Shown in pieces: positions 9,473 through 18,814 of a stretch of DNA of 64,000 bases. Numbering within the stretch: position 1 is the stretch's first letter; each line of letters opens with the position of its first letter. The stretch spans positions 10,883 to 74,882 of the forward strand of contig JAZUKH010000046.1 of NCBI GenBank assembly GCA_045643185.1, read 5' to 3'. The DNA comes from Myxococcota bacterium (GTDB lineage Bacteria > Myxococcota_A > Bradymonadia > UBA4248). The position numbers and the translations under genes are program-made. The notes under the pieces were generated by a model. It was given only the letters and a program-made list of their open reading frames with translations. It had not been told where the DNA came from and ran no database searches.

Positions 9473-11525
9473 GCTGTGGTTGACCTTGACGCTGCTTTTG
9501 GGCGTTGGCATGACGGCCTGCGAGCAAAAACAGCCGGTAGTGCTTGAACCGTTGCCGGTTTTGGCGATGCCCGAGGTCGAACTCACGCCTTTTTTGCCCA
9601 AAACAGCGTGGTCAGACCAGCTGATCGACTGGAAGATCGTGTCGTCGGCGCTTCGTGATGGCGTGACGATGCCAGACGCGCTTGAAACGCGGTTGACGCG
9701 CGATGATCGCGAGATCTGGAAGCGCGTGAGCGCGAATGTCGAGGCTTATGAAGCCAATCGTCGCGATGCGCTCGTTTTGGCAAGTGCCCAGGTGCCGCAG
9801 GCTGTCGAATGCGTGCCGCCGAGTTCGGCGTTCAGTTTGCAGCAACGCGCCATGTTAAGCCGCATGTTGCAGCAGCATCGCAATGTTTTGTGGCGGCTAG
9901 GGCGCCTCGAAATGGCGTCGCGCTATGTCAAAACATCGCTAAACCAGTTTTTGCCGCAATACGCCGGTGGGCGCATCAAAGACGCCGATACGGGCGTCGT
10001 GCAGCCCATTCGGTCGCTGTTTGAGCAGATCCAGGAGATTCGTTCACGCTACCAGACGCCCAACGGCGTGTGGTCTCCGGGAGAACTGCATTTTCGCATG
10101 GCGCGCCTTGCTCAGATCGCGCCGGCGATGCTTCAACTCAATGATTCGTTTGGCGTGTGGGCCGATCAGATCGCGGCGAGCACGCGGTGGCGCTATTTGG
10201 TCGGCAGCGCCGAGCCTGTGCGCGAAGCGCTTAAGATATGGTTGGACGAATACGAAAGCGTGTTGACGGCTTATCGGCATTTGGCCAGTGCTACGCAGGC
10301 GCTCGAACAGAGTTTTGGACCGCCGAATCAGCTCGTCGCATTTCCATGCATTAACCAGAATTTGCGCCGTATGCGCATTTTAGCGAACCTGTTTCAGGTG
10401 ATCCTGCCCATGCAATGGTCGCTCGCCCAGTCTGAAGTCAACGCCATGCACGTGCATCAACGCGTTTTGACGCCAGACTATCGCGAGGCAAAGCAGGAAT
10501 TCATGGCCAGCGAGGTTGTGGCGACGCATGAAAAAATGGTCGCGCTCAGTCGTAAGTTGGCGCACGCGGCTGACTTGTTGTTGATCATGTGGGATCAGTC
10601 AAATTACAGTGTTTGGAGCGGCTTGCCTGACTTTGTGGATCCCATTCATCACCATTCCGGCACTGCGGTCGAGGATGCTGAAACGTGGCGAGCGATGTAT
10701 TCGGTGTTGCAGGGTGACTTGGCGCGTTTGTCGACGAATTTGAAGCCTGAACCCGAACAGCCGCTCAACAAGTACGGCAAACCGTACGCGGCGCCAGTGC
10801 AAAAGATCGTTGAAGAGATCGAGTCGCCGACGCGCATTGACGAGGTCGAACACGGGCTGCTTTCGATTTCCGAGATCGAGTCTCACTTGGTCGCGATTCG
10901 CGACCAGTTGCTGCGCCTTTGCATGGACGGGGCGTGTCGCAGTTTTCCGGAAGCCGAGTTGGCCAATTCGCCGCGTAAGAGTCAATGGGTCGTGTCGTGG
11001 CGTCAAAGTCCTGTCTCGGAGCGAACGATCGGGCATTCGTTGATCGTGCTCAAACTGTGTCAGCTGCACCTGAGTCGTTTGGTGCAGCGTCTGGCCGAGA
11101 TCTATGGCTGGTTTGCCGAAACGTCGAATGCTGACATCACCTGGAAAACGTTAAAAGCCTGGCAGCGTATTTGGACGCTGTATGCCGAGCCCAATGGGAC
11201 GTATGCGAACTTTTTGAGGAGTGTGTCGACGCTTGACAAGCAGATCATGGAGATGGCGATTCCGCTCGAAAAGCGCGCGCAGTCGCCGGAACTGCTTGAA
11301 TTGCTCAAAATCCAGGATGAGTTGTTCGACCTGACGATCGACTATGCGCGCTTTATCGATGCGCGCGTGCACGCCCCCGTGCCGTTTGATGACATCACCG
11401 AAACGTGGTTATCGCTTCAAAGCGCGATCTCGACGATCGCGCGTTTGACGGCCGAACGCGACGAAAAAGCGGCGCCCGATGCGGTAAAAACCAAAAAACG
11501 CGTGCGTCAGGACGTTGATCGATAG
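9459..11525 (+). CDS. Hypothetical lipoprotein; start at the internal ATG (MLRSKLWLTLTLLLGVGMTAC), not the long upstream extension in the ORF track
   Basis: Lipobox signal peptide; 14-nt overlap with the stop of the upstream gene. Confidence 0.5.
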   Translation: MLRSKLWLTLTLLLGVGMTACEQKQPVVLEPLPVLAMPEVELTPFLPKTAWSDQLIDWKIVSSALRDGVTMPDALETRLTRDDREIWKRVSANVEAYEANRRDALVLASAQVPQAVECVPPSSAFSLQQRAMLSRMLQQHRNVLWRLGRLEMASRYVKTSLNQFLPQYAGGRIKDADTGVVQPIRSLFEQIQEIRSRYQTPNGVWSPGELHFRMARLAQIAPAMLQLNDSFGVWADQIAASTRWRYLVGSAEPVREALKIWLDEYESVLTAYRHLASATQALEQSFGPPNQLVAFPCINQNLRRMRILANLFQVILPMQWSLAQSEVNAMHVHQRVLTPDYREAKQEFMASEVVATHEKMVALSRKLAHAADLLLIMWDQSNYSVWSGLPDFVDPIHHHSGTAVEDAETWRAMYSVLQGDLARLSTNLKPEPEQPLNKYGKPYAAPVQKIVEEIESPTRIDEVEHGLLSISEIESHLVAIRDQLLRLCMDGACRSFPEAELANSPRKSQWVVSWRQSPVSERTIGHSLIVLKLCQLHLSRLVQRLAEIYGWFAETSNADITWKTLKAWQRIWTLYAEPNGTYANFLRSVSTLDKQIMEMAIPLEKRAQSPELLELLKIQDELFDLTIDYARFIDARVHAPVPFDDITETWLSLQSAISTIARLTAERDEKAAPDAVKTKKRVRQDVDR

Positions 11526-11721
11526 TAAGCGCATTAGATAGGCTTGCGTGCTAAACACTTAGCGATGAAAATAGATATGTGCTTGGACTGAAGGAACACA
11601 CGCACTTAGTAGAGTGTAGGGGGATGCACCTACGATACAGAGACACGCGTTCAATGTAAATTTCTGTCTCTTGCTGCGCCGTTTATGACGCAACAAAAGA
11701 AGATGCAAGTTTAACTAGTGC

Positions 11722-12180
11722 CTACTTGTTTTCTGAGTTGTCGTATATTTCATTATATAAATCTCTGGCTTTTTGTAAGAAGAATAGCATGTATGATTCG
11801 TTTGAATCAATACCATTATTCAGAGTGCTTATCATGTCATTTAAAACATAAAACCCCGTGTTTGCGTATTCTTCAGCATATTGGTACGCTAAAGAATCAT
11901 CATCCAAATTTTCAATTTCGTTATCATGGATAAGTTGATTGATAAGAATTGAGCGCAAAGTGGCTCTTTTGAAATAATCCAGAGTTTCTGAGCGGATAAA
12001 GTCCACGCGTTTTTTTAGTGGTTTTCGTTGACCATTTTCAATGCCAATAGCGACTGCAAATAGAAACAGATCACTTCGATCACAAGATGACTTACCCAGT
12101 TTCATGAAGTCTAAATCATCGATTTGTGGTATGATTTTAGATTGAACGTATGAATCAATATAAATTCTTGGTTCTTGCAT
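11722..12180 (-). CDS. Hypothetical protein, last gene of the AT-rich 6-gene operon
   Basis: AT-rich codon usage matching the island; start immediately follows the upstream stop (12180/12183). Confidence 0.5.
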   Translation of the reverse strand: MQEPRIYIDSYVQSKIIPQIDDLDFMKLGKSSCDRSDLFLFAVAIGIENGQRKPLKKRVDFIRSETLDYFKRATLRSILINQLIHDNEIENLDDDSLAYQYAEEYANTGFYVLNDMISTLNNGIDSNESYMLFFLQKARDLYNEIYDNSENK

Positions 12181-12182
12181 GA

Positions 12183-14168
12183 TTAAATCTCCTTAATGGC
12201 ATTGGTGTAGATTTCATCAATTGGTTTGAGAATGTGTTTGCTTGCTACAATCGTATTTGTGAATTGAGCTTGTATTTCTTTTGAAAATTCAGAGGGTGTT
12301 AGGGCAAGAATGATTTGCTTTGTTTTGCTGATTTCGACAAGTGATTTTGCAAAATTGGATCGATTTTCTGTATCGACACGACCAACAGGAGTATCAATAA
12401 ATAATAAAGAATCAAAACCAGATATTCTATGCATGGCAAGTGTAAAAGCTAAGGCTAATAATTGGCGTTCTGCGGATGAACCGACTAAATCTGTATTATT
12501 TAAATGTTTATTGTAAACGGCCATGTTATAGTCTTCATCGAGCGTAATGCGATCAAATGTATTCTTTTTCCACTCTAACTTTTCAAAAATCCGCATAGTT
12601 TCGGTTTCAATTTGTATTCGAAGGTCTGAGATGCATTTTGTTTTTAATTTTTCAAGAAGATCTAATGCATTGGTCGCAAATAGATAGTAATTATTAACAA
12701 TCTTATTGCTTTCTTGTTTCTGAGTGGCTTCAATTAGTTTTGTTTGATATTCCTTAATCTTTTCTTGGCATTTGTTCAGTTTAGGTGTTAATTGTCCAAT
12801 TTCTTCAGAATCCTTAGCAATTTGATTACGGTAAAAATTTCGTCGTTCAATACAATTTGTAATTTCATCAGGGTCAGGACATAGCTTAATTTTATTGATA
12901 AGTTCTTCCTTGGTTAACTCACATTCTCGTATTTTTTGTTCGATGTGAGCCTGTTCTTTTATAAGACTATTGATTTGATCATTCAAATCGCGTGGCCTTG
13001 AACACCATTTTTCAAGATCACTTTTGATTTCAACGAGTTTGTGTGATACTGATGATGAAAAATTAATCTGGTCAAGTAAATTTTGAATTTTCTGGATAGC
13101 TGTTTCGGATAAGTGACTACCACAGATTTTACATTGTTCATCTTTTAATGTATCATTTAGTACGCTGATATCAATACGAGGAGGAAGTTGTCCTTTGGTG
13201 CTGGCGTCGATGATGTAATGGTATACGGATTGATTTGTTTTATATAAGATAATTGAAATAAATAGATCTCGTGTTAATTTATAAAGTTTGGATTTGTTTG
13301 TATTTAAAGTTTTGTTGAAGTCATCGATCTGGGATTGGGTTAAGTCGAGCTGCTTTTGTTCGTCAGCGATGCATTCCATGCCAGAAATTTGTCTTGTGAG
13401 TCGTTCGAATTCTCTATTTGAAATAGCTCTATCCTGATTTAAGGTGTTTATTTTTCTTTCATATTCATCTTTTGATTGTTTACAATTGTTTAATTCTGTT
13501 TCGATTTCTTGACATTTTGGAATGTCTTTAGAGATTTGTTTGCAATATGAACTTATTACGCCTCGTAAATCGTTTTCTAGGTTTTCTAGATCAGTGATTT
13601 TTGACATCTTATAAATAGAACTTCTTACATTTTTTTGTTGTTGACTATCGAAATAGTCTGATAACTGCTCACCATCAAAAAAGAAGTATCCTCGAATAGC
13701 TTGGGGAAATTTTGAACGAATTATTTCTGTGGCTTCAGCATTCGTTTTAACATCTGATTGGTTTGTTAATAAATTAGTTTGTGTGACAATAAACTCATCT
13801 GCACCAGTCATTTCTGTTCTGACGCTGTATTTTAAAGATCGTTCTATTGTCAATTTTATGTTTTCTATTGTGCTGCGCGCTATTATCACAACTTTTACTG
13901 CGACAAACTCATCACCAATGCCTTTTGTTTCAAGAATCGATTTTGCATTGCAAATTGATTTTTTATCATTTCTATACGTTAATGACCCAATATGTGGCTC
14001 ATCATTATATAAACACCAATTGATGGCATTTAACAGGTTGGTTTTGCCAACGCCGTTACGACCGATAATGATGTGTAGGTCAGCATTGCCCTGATTGGGC
14101 TGATCAAATTGAAAGAAAGCATCCTGATATTGACGGTAGTTAATGATTTTGACGGAATCAATTCTCAT
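12183..14168 (-). CDS. SMC-like Rad50/SbcC-family ATPase with a central CxxC zinc hook
   Basis: N-terminal Walker A GRNGVGKTNLLNAINWCLY; long central coiled coil containing CKICGSHL; C-terminal LLFIDTPVGRVD (D-loop/Walker B region). Confidence 0.7.
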   Translation of the reverse strand: MRIDSVKIINYRQYQDAFFQFDQPNQGNADLHIIIGRNGVGKTNLLNAINWCLYNDEPHIGSLTYRNDKKSICNAKSILETKGIGDEFVAVKVVIIARSTIENIKLTIERSLKYSVRTEMTGADEFIVTQTNLLTNQSDVKTNAEATEIIRSKFPQAIRGYFFFDGEQLSDYFDSQQQKNVRSSIYKMSKITDLENLENDLRGVISSYCKQISKDIPKCQEIETELNNCKQSKDEYERKINTLNQDRAISNREFERLTRQISGMECIADEQKQLDLTQSQIDDFNKTLNTNKSKLYKLTRDLFISIILYKTNQSVYHYIIDASTKGQLPPRIDISVLNDTLKDEQCKICGSHLSETAIQKIQNLLDQINFSSSVSHKLVEIKSDLEKWCSRPRDLNDQINSLIKEQAHIEQKIRECELTKEELINKIKLCPDPDEITNCIERRNFYRNQIAKDSEEIGQLTPKLNKCQEKIKEYQTKLIEATQKQESNKIVNNYYLFATNALDLLEKLKTKCISDLRIQIETETMRIFEKLEWKKNTFDRITLDEDYNMAVYNKHLNNTDLVGSSAERQLLALAFTLAMHRISGFDSLLFIDTPVGRVDTENRSNFAKSLVEISKTKQIILALTPSEFSKEIQAQFTNTIVASKHILKPIDEIYTNAIKEI

Positions 14169-14365
14169 TTTGAAATCTCCTTAGATGTAACATTTCTATT
14201 GATTTCGTTATAAGTCTTTTCTATGATCTTTTGACAAGTCTTTTTATTGTGGATTCTATCATTGAATTGATAATTAATTAGCCTTTGTAATAACTCTTGA
14301 ATGCTTTTGTCGCCACGAGTAACTTCAAGAAGATTCTTTTCGATGAGTTCATTAAGATTTCCCAT
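14165..14365 (-). CDS. Small 66-aa protein, translationally coupled upstream of the SMC-like ATPase
   Basis: ATGA overlap with the downstream gene; lies inside the operon. Confidence 0.4.
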   Translation of the reverse strand: MGNLNELIEKNLLEVTRGDKSIQELLQRLINYQFNDRIHNKKTCQKIIEKTYNEINRNVTSKEISK

Positions 14366-14377
14366 AATATTCTCCTT

Positions 14378-16486
14378 TTATATTAAACCAGTTTTGGTTA
14401 TATCGGCAACCGCCTGGCTTCCGTTTATTGCTTCAGTAGCTATAGCAAAGATTCGTTTCATTTCTTTTTTGAAGATTCGCTTATCAAAATTTCTTTCTTC
14501 ATTTGACCAATCAGAATAATCAGGAGTGACAACAAAATCATCTATATAGGCAAGCTGTTTGTTGCCGTTATCACGTAGCACTCTACCTAAACGCTGAATA
14601 TACTCTCTTGCGTTCTCACTACTTGACAATAGAATTGCCCGTGAGGCTGTCTTGATGTCAATCCCTTCGTCCAGACATTTTATCGCAACAAGTATCTGAT
14701 AATAGCCGTTTCGAAATTTTTCAAGGATATCTTCTCTTTCAGATATACCCTTATCATCAATTTTTGTTGATTCGGACTGCGTAAATCGATGGCCAGATAT
14801 ATTAAGCTTAACAAGTAGTTCTTCAACTTTATCTATCTGTTTGTCTGAGACATAGATAATAGTATCACGAATGTCTGAAATTGAGGAGAGAAGAATTTTT
14901 AATGCAGAGATCTTGTGTTCAGCATTTTTAACGATATTTGCTCTTTTGAATAGCAGTTGTTCATATTTTTCATTATTTTCTATGTCATCATCTTTTGTGT
15001 GAATTAATTTGGATAATTTCTTAGTCAGCTTGTTATATTCGCTAGATTCGTTCTCAGTTAAATTGATAGGATATATATTGTATTTATAACTCACAAGAAA
15101 TGTACGATTTGTTACTGGGTTGATTGTTGTTAATGCATCATGTAATGAAAAAGTGAATTCATTGTTCATAAAATACGATTTAAGCAGATTTGTTCCTTCT
15201 TCATCGAACCATCTATCTGGAGTGGCGCTTAAACCGAGCCGATAATCGTATTTATCGAGCAATGACTTTTTGGTTTTGGAGGCTCCCATGCCATGGACTT
15301 CGTCCCCTATAAGCATGGTTTTATAACTATAGGATTTGATAATCTTTATAAAATCATCAGTGCACGCTGAACAGTGTGTTACATAGATAAGAATTTGTTT
15401 ATAAATTCCAAGATTAGCTTTTTGAAGAACACAGTTCAGATCTTTTTTCCAATTTGTGTGGTTACTATCGCAGACAATTGTTTGATCAAATCGAAGTTGG
15501 AGTGAATCGATTTCCTTTTTCCATTGAGATTGGAGTGTAATTTGTGGAATTGCTATGATTGTCAATAATTTTTGACAATTTTGTTGCGCATTTTCAAGAC
15601 ATTTTACTGCTGTGAAGGTCTTTCCTGTTCCAGTGGCCATTTCGAGCAACATAATTCTGTTACATTCGATCCAGTGTTCAATCGCTCTATTTTGATATGG
15701 AAAAGGCAACTTTTCAGATTGAGGCTTTGTAATAATTGATACACTTGTGTGATATCGGTTTTCGCGATATCGATCTAGAGATAGCTTATCATTTTGATAA
15801 TCTTCGCCTCGTTCTATTAGACGTTGTTTGACCGCAGTTGGTAAGTCTATGACTTCTAGCGAAGCGACGCTGTTATTCCACATTGAGTTAAAGTCGTTTT
15901 GGTGTCCTTGAAAGTATTCTCGTTGACCCGCATTCCAATTTTTATATACCTCGAAACGTTCATCATTCCATAACCAACCTGAGGCCGATTCATTGTTTGA
16001 ACCACTAAAAGAAATGCCATAATCGATTGATTTATTGTCGTACAGAATGCCAAACTTTTGATGCATAATGGGATTGTTGGCTGTATTCCTTACGTCTTTT
16101 ACGATAGCTATTTTTATTTGAAGTTTATTATTGGCCAACATCCAGCCAAGTGCTGCAATATGATCATTGAGAAAGTAATCAGGAATGTCTTCGATTGCAG
16201 TGATCATAGATTCTTCTAGAATCTTGTTTTGGTTTTCAATGACATTTTGAATGGTTTTAATATCATCATCACTTAGTTTTGGACATGTAATGAGTCTCAT
16301 GGTGCCACCATTTGCAATAAGCCCACCAATGCCTCGAGCTGCAATAGCTAAACTAGTTGATGAAAAATACCCCGATATTCTGTCATATTTCCTGGCTTCA
16401 CATAGTGCGGGAATATAGAAATCAGAGATCAAGTCGTCTTCTGAGCTTTTATATTGTATTTTTATGGGCAAATCCTTCAAGCTCAT
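14378..16486 (-). CDS. Fusion of an N-terminal PLD (HKD-motif) nuclease domain to a C-terminal SF2 DEAD/DEAH-box helicase
   Basis: IMHQKFGILYD...GSNN HKD-type motif (single copy); helicase motifs MATGTGKT (I), IGDEVH (II), LSATP (III), QRLGRVLR (VI). Confidence 0.75.
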   Translation of the reverse strand: MSLKDLPIKIQYKSSEDDLISDFYIPALCEARKYDRISGYFSSTSLAIAARGIGGLIANGGTMRLITCPKLSDDDIKTIQNVIENQNKILEESMITAIEDIPDYFLNDHIAALGWMLANNKLQIKIAIVKDVRNTANNPIMHQKFGILYDNKSIDYGISFSGSNNESASGWLWNDERFEVYKNWNAGQREYFQGHQNDFNSMWNNSVASLEVIDLPTAVKQRLIERGEDYQNDKLSLDRYRENRYHTSVSIITKPQSEKLPFPYQNRAIEHWIECNRIMLLEMATGTGKTFTAVKCLENAQQNCQKLLTIIAIPQITLQSQWKKEIDSLQLRFDQTIVCDSNHTNWKKDLNCVLQKANLGIYKQILIYVTHCSACTDDFIKIIKSYSYKTMLIGDEVHGMGASKTKKSLLDKYDYRLGLSATPDRWFDEEGTNLLKSYFMNNEFTFSLHDALTTINPVTNRTFLVSYKYNIYPINLTENESSEYNKLTKKLSKLIHTKDDDIENNEKYEQLLFKRANIVKNAEHKISALKILLSSISDIRDTIIYVSDKQIDKVEELLVKLNISGHRFTQSESTKIDDKGISEREDILEKFRNGYYQILVAIKCLDEGIDIKTASRAILLSSSENAREYIQRLGRVLRDNGNKQLAYIDDFVVTPDYSDWSNEERNFDKRIFKKEMKRIFAIATEAINGSQAVADITKTGLI

Positions 16487-17214
16487 ATATTAATTCTCCA
16501 GTCGATGCAATCCATTAGCTGAATAAGGTAGGATCCAGATAATGCGAATGTTAAGACCTGCTTCGTGTTAGCTTGGCGTCTTACTGCAGTTTTGTATGAA
16601 ATCGAAGATAAACAACTGCTATAGCTCCAAAATCCTTTGGTGTATATTGATTTTAAGATCGTTTGTATGAAAATATTAGAAAATAAAAGCTTTTTTATAA
16701 GCGATGAACGTATTGTTAACGGGTAGATGAGCATTTGATTGCTAAGTGCTGTTATCCTTACTTTGATTGGCTTTTCTTCGCTAATGGTTACCAATTTCAT
16801 CATGGCCGCAAGCTTAGCATGGTTTTCACCATATTTTAGTTGAGCTCCTGGTGTTTTGGATTGTATCAATTGGTAGCCTAAATCTTTAAATCCCATGCCT
16901 TGAGGCATGAATGACAAAATCTCACTTACTCTGAATATGCCATGTTCAAAATTGCTAAAACATGGTATGTCGTTTGCCAATAAAGTAACTTCTTTTATAT
17001 TATTGTCGTTAAAAATCTGATTGATAAAAGCCTCTTCAGAATACTCATTTAGTTTTTGTATGAAAATTTCTAATTCGTCTTTTGAAGCATTGTTGATAAT
17101 GTTATTTATTTCTGGTTCGTTGGTTAAGAATTTATGCAAAAAATCGTCATAAAATTGAGAATTGTAGGCCTGATCGAGATTGTTAGTATTCGCATCTGGA
17201 TATGTGTTATTCAT
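16483..17214 (-). CDS. Hypothetical protein (no recognisable motif), operon member
   Basis: ATGA overlap with the downstream gene; AT-rich island codon usage. Confidence 0.5.
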   Translation of the reverse strand: MNNTYPDANTNNLDQAYNSQFYDDFLHKFLTNEPEINNIINNASKDELEIFIQKLNEYSEEAFINQIFNDNNIKEVTLLANDIPCFSNFEHGIFRVSEILSFMPQGMGFKDLGYQLIQSKTPGAQLKYGENHAKLAAMMKLVTISEEKPIKVRITALSNQMLIYPLTIRSSLIKKLLFSNIFIQTILKSIYTKGFWSYSSCLSSISYKTAVRRQANTKQVLTFALSGSYLIQLMDCIDWRINI

Positions 17215-17216
17215 TA

Positions 17217-18395
17217 CTAAACCTCATTATATCTCATGTCGAAATACTGCTTCGCTATTTGTGGATAGTCTCGCTCAATCTCGAGCAGAGCTTTCATTGA
17301 AGAACAGTAAGTACCTTGTGTTTTGTGAAGAGCCTGATTAGCTTCACAGAACTGGCGAAAACTCATTTTTTTGAGCATGTTTGGTTGGTTGCACCAGCGT
17401 GCGATGCTGACATATAAACTTGAATATGGCGAGATTTTCCAGGGTGTTTCGTTTATATTCTGGTATCGCATGATATAGGGAAGACATTTATAGCGAAGAA
17501 GCAGTTCAATGCGTTTGAATGCATTGGCAATATCCGTGGCATCGGTGCTTTTGAAGCCTACTAGTACATAGAATTTTACACTCGTTGATTGAGTATATTT
17601 TCGAATTAATTTCAGTTTTTGCTCGATAAGCTTATAATCTTCTACGTTATCGAAGGCGAACGTGAAGTCACCATCGTAGTGTGCGTTAAACAGCATTTCA
17701 CATTTTTCTTCGGTGAGTATGCGTTCGTCCAGGCCTTGTTTGAATTTAAAGGGTTTATTGGTGTCGATGAGCTTTTGGAGTAGCGTTTTCCATTTGGGAT
17801 AACCGAGAAAATTGTCGTCTAAAAGGCAAATCTTTTTTAGGTTCTGGTCTAAAAACTCCTCCAAAGGACTATGTTCGAAAACATGGTCATATTTTTGATT
17901 CACGCAGAATGGACAGCGTCTGAAACAGCCTCTTGTCAAAAATCCAATCGAATAATTTGTGTATTCCTTGAATTGAGTCATGAATGATGACTTATTAAAG
18001 TTCTTCCCTTCTTTTAATTTGGTTAATTCGGCCTTCTGGACTTCGTCGGCTATCCATGCGTCATAAAGATGATAATCTGGACAACAGTGTTCGATTTCTG
18101 GGAGGAGGTTAGGTGCTTTGTCGAAATAAAATCCAGTTCCACCAATAGAAACATTTTTATGTTTCGTCAGGTTGATGGGAAAGAGTGGATCTGTTCCAAC
18201 AGGTGTGTCTGTAAATACTTTGGAAACAAAGACATGCTCATAGGCCTCAAGATTTTTGTAGTCAAGTTTGAGTTCGACTGCTTTGCCTTGGGCTTTGTAG
18301 TATGCCGAGAGTTTTTCGCTTGCGAGATTGGGAAAGCGATGTTTATCGCGGGCGATCAGATCTGCATCAATGATGGCAATGGTCATGATAGCCAT
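17217..18395 (-). CDS. Radical-SAM-like protein (CxxxCxxC), possibly with an N-terminal B12-binding-like domain; first gene of the operon
   Basis: GFLTRGCFRRCPFCVNQ contains C-x3-C-x2-C at about residue 155; RBS AGGATGG. Confidence 0.5.
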   Translation of the reverse strand: MAIMTIAIIDADLIARDKHRFPNLASEKLSAYYKAQGKAVELKLDYKNLEAYEHVFVSKVFTDTPVGTDPLFPINLTKHKNVSIGGTGFYFDKAPNLLPEIEHCCPDYHLYDAWIADEVQKAELTKLKEGKNFNKSSFMTQFKEYTNYSIGFLTRGCFRRCPFCVNQKYDHVFEHSPLEEFLDQNLKKICLLDDNFLGYPKWKTLLQKLIDTNKPFKFKQGLDERILTEEKCEMLFNAHYDGDFTFAFDNVEDYKLIEQKLKLIRKYTQSTSVKFYVLVGFKSTDATDIANAFKRIELLLRYKCLPYIMRYQNINETPWKISPYSSLYVSIARWCNQPNMLKKMSFRQFCEANQALHKTQGTYCSSMKALLEIERDYPQIAKQYFDMRYNEV

Positions 18396-18436
18396 CCTTG
18401 ATCCTGAAAAAGCTGGTTATTTATGAATAATCTTCG

Positions 18437-18449
18437 CCCCCCCCCCCCC
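18437..18449. repeat. Homopolymeric C13 tract in the leader/promoter region of the island operon
   Basis: CGCCCCCCCCCCCCCG read directly; lies between a TATAAT-like box (minus strand, ~18460-18465) and the start codon. Confidence 0.8.
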
Positions 18450-18814
18450 GGTCTGGCTAATTATATTCGGTTTTCTCATTAGTATGTTTCCAGTGTCTAA
18501 ATGTTCAGTTGATTTGGTTAGTTAAGTGCTTTCCTGTACGAAACAGTGTTTCTGTGTGCAATAGCTCAAGCTAGTTTAGTTGATCAGTTCTCGGTGATCA
18601 ATGATTTTTTTCTCTTTTCACAAATTATGTGCATATATGTAATAAATGTGATCGCGCATCTGCGAATAGTCTGTCAGCAGAAATGTACTGCTTAAGATAC
18701 GGAGTACAATTTTGGTGGGTATGCTATTCATTTGTTTGAAACAGATTCTGATACTTCACGTTTGGATATGAAAAAACTTGTCCCGAGAAGCCATGGACGA
18801 CGCTCGCGTCGTCT

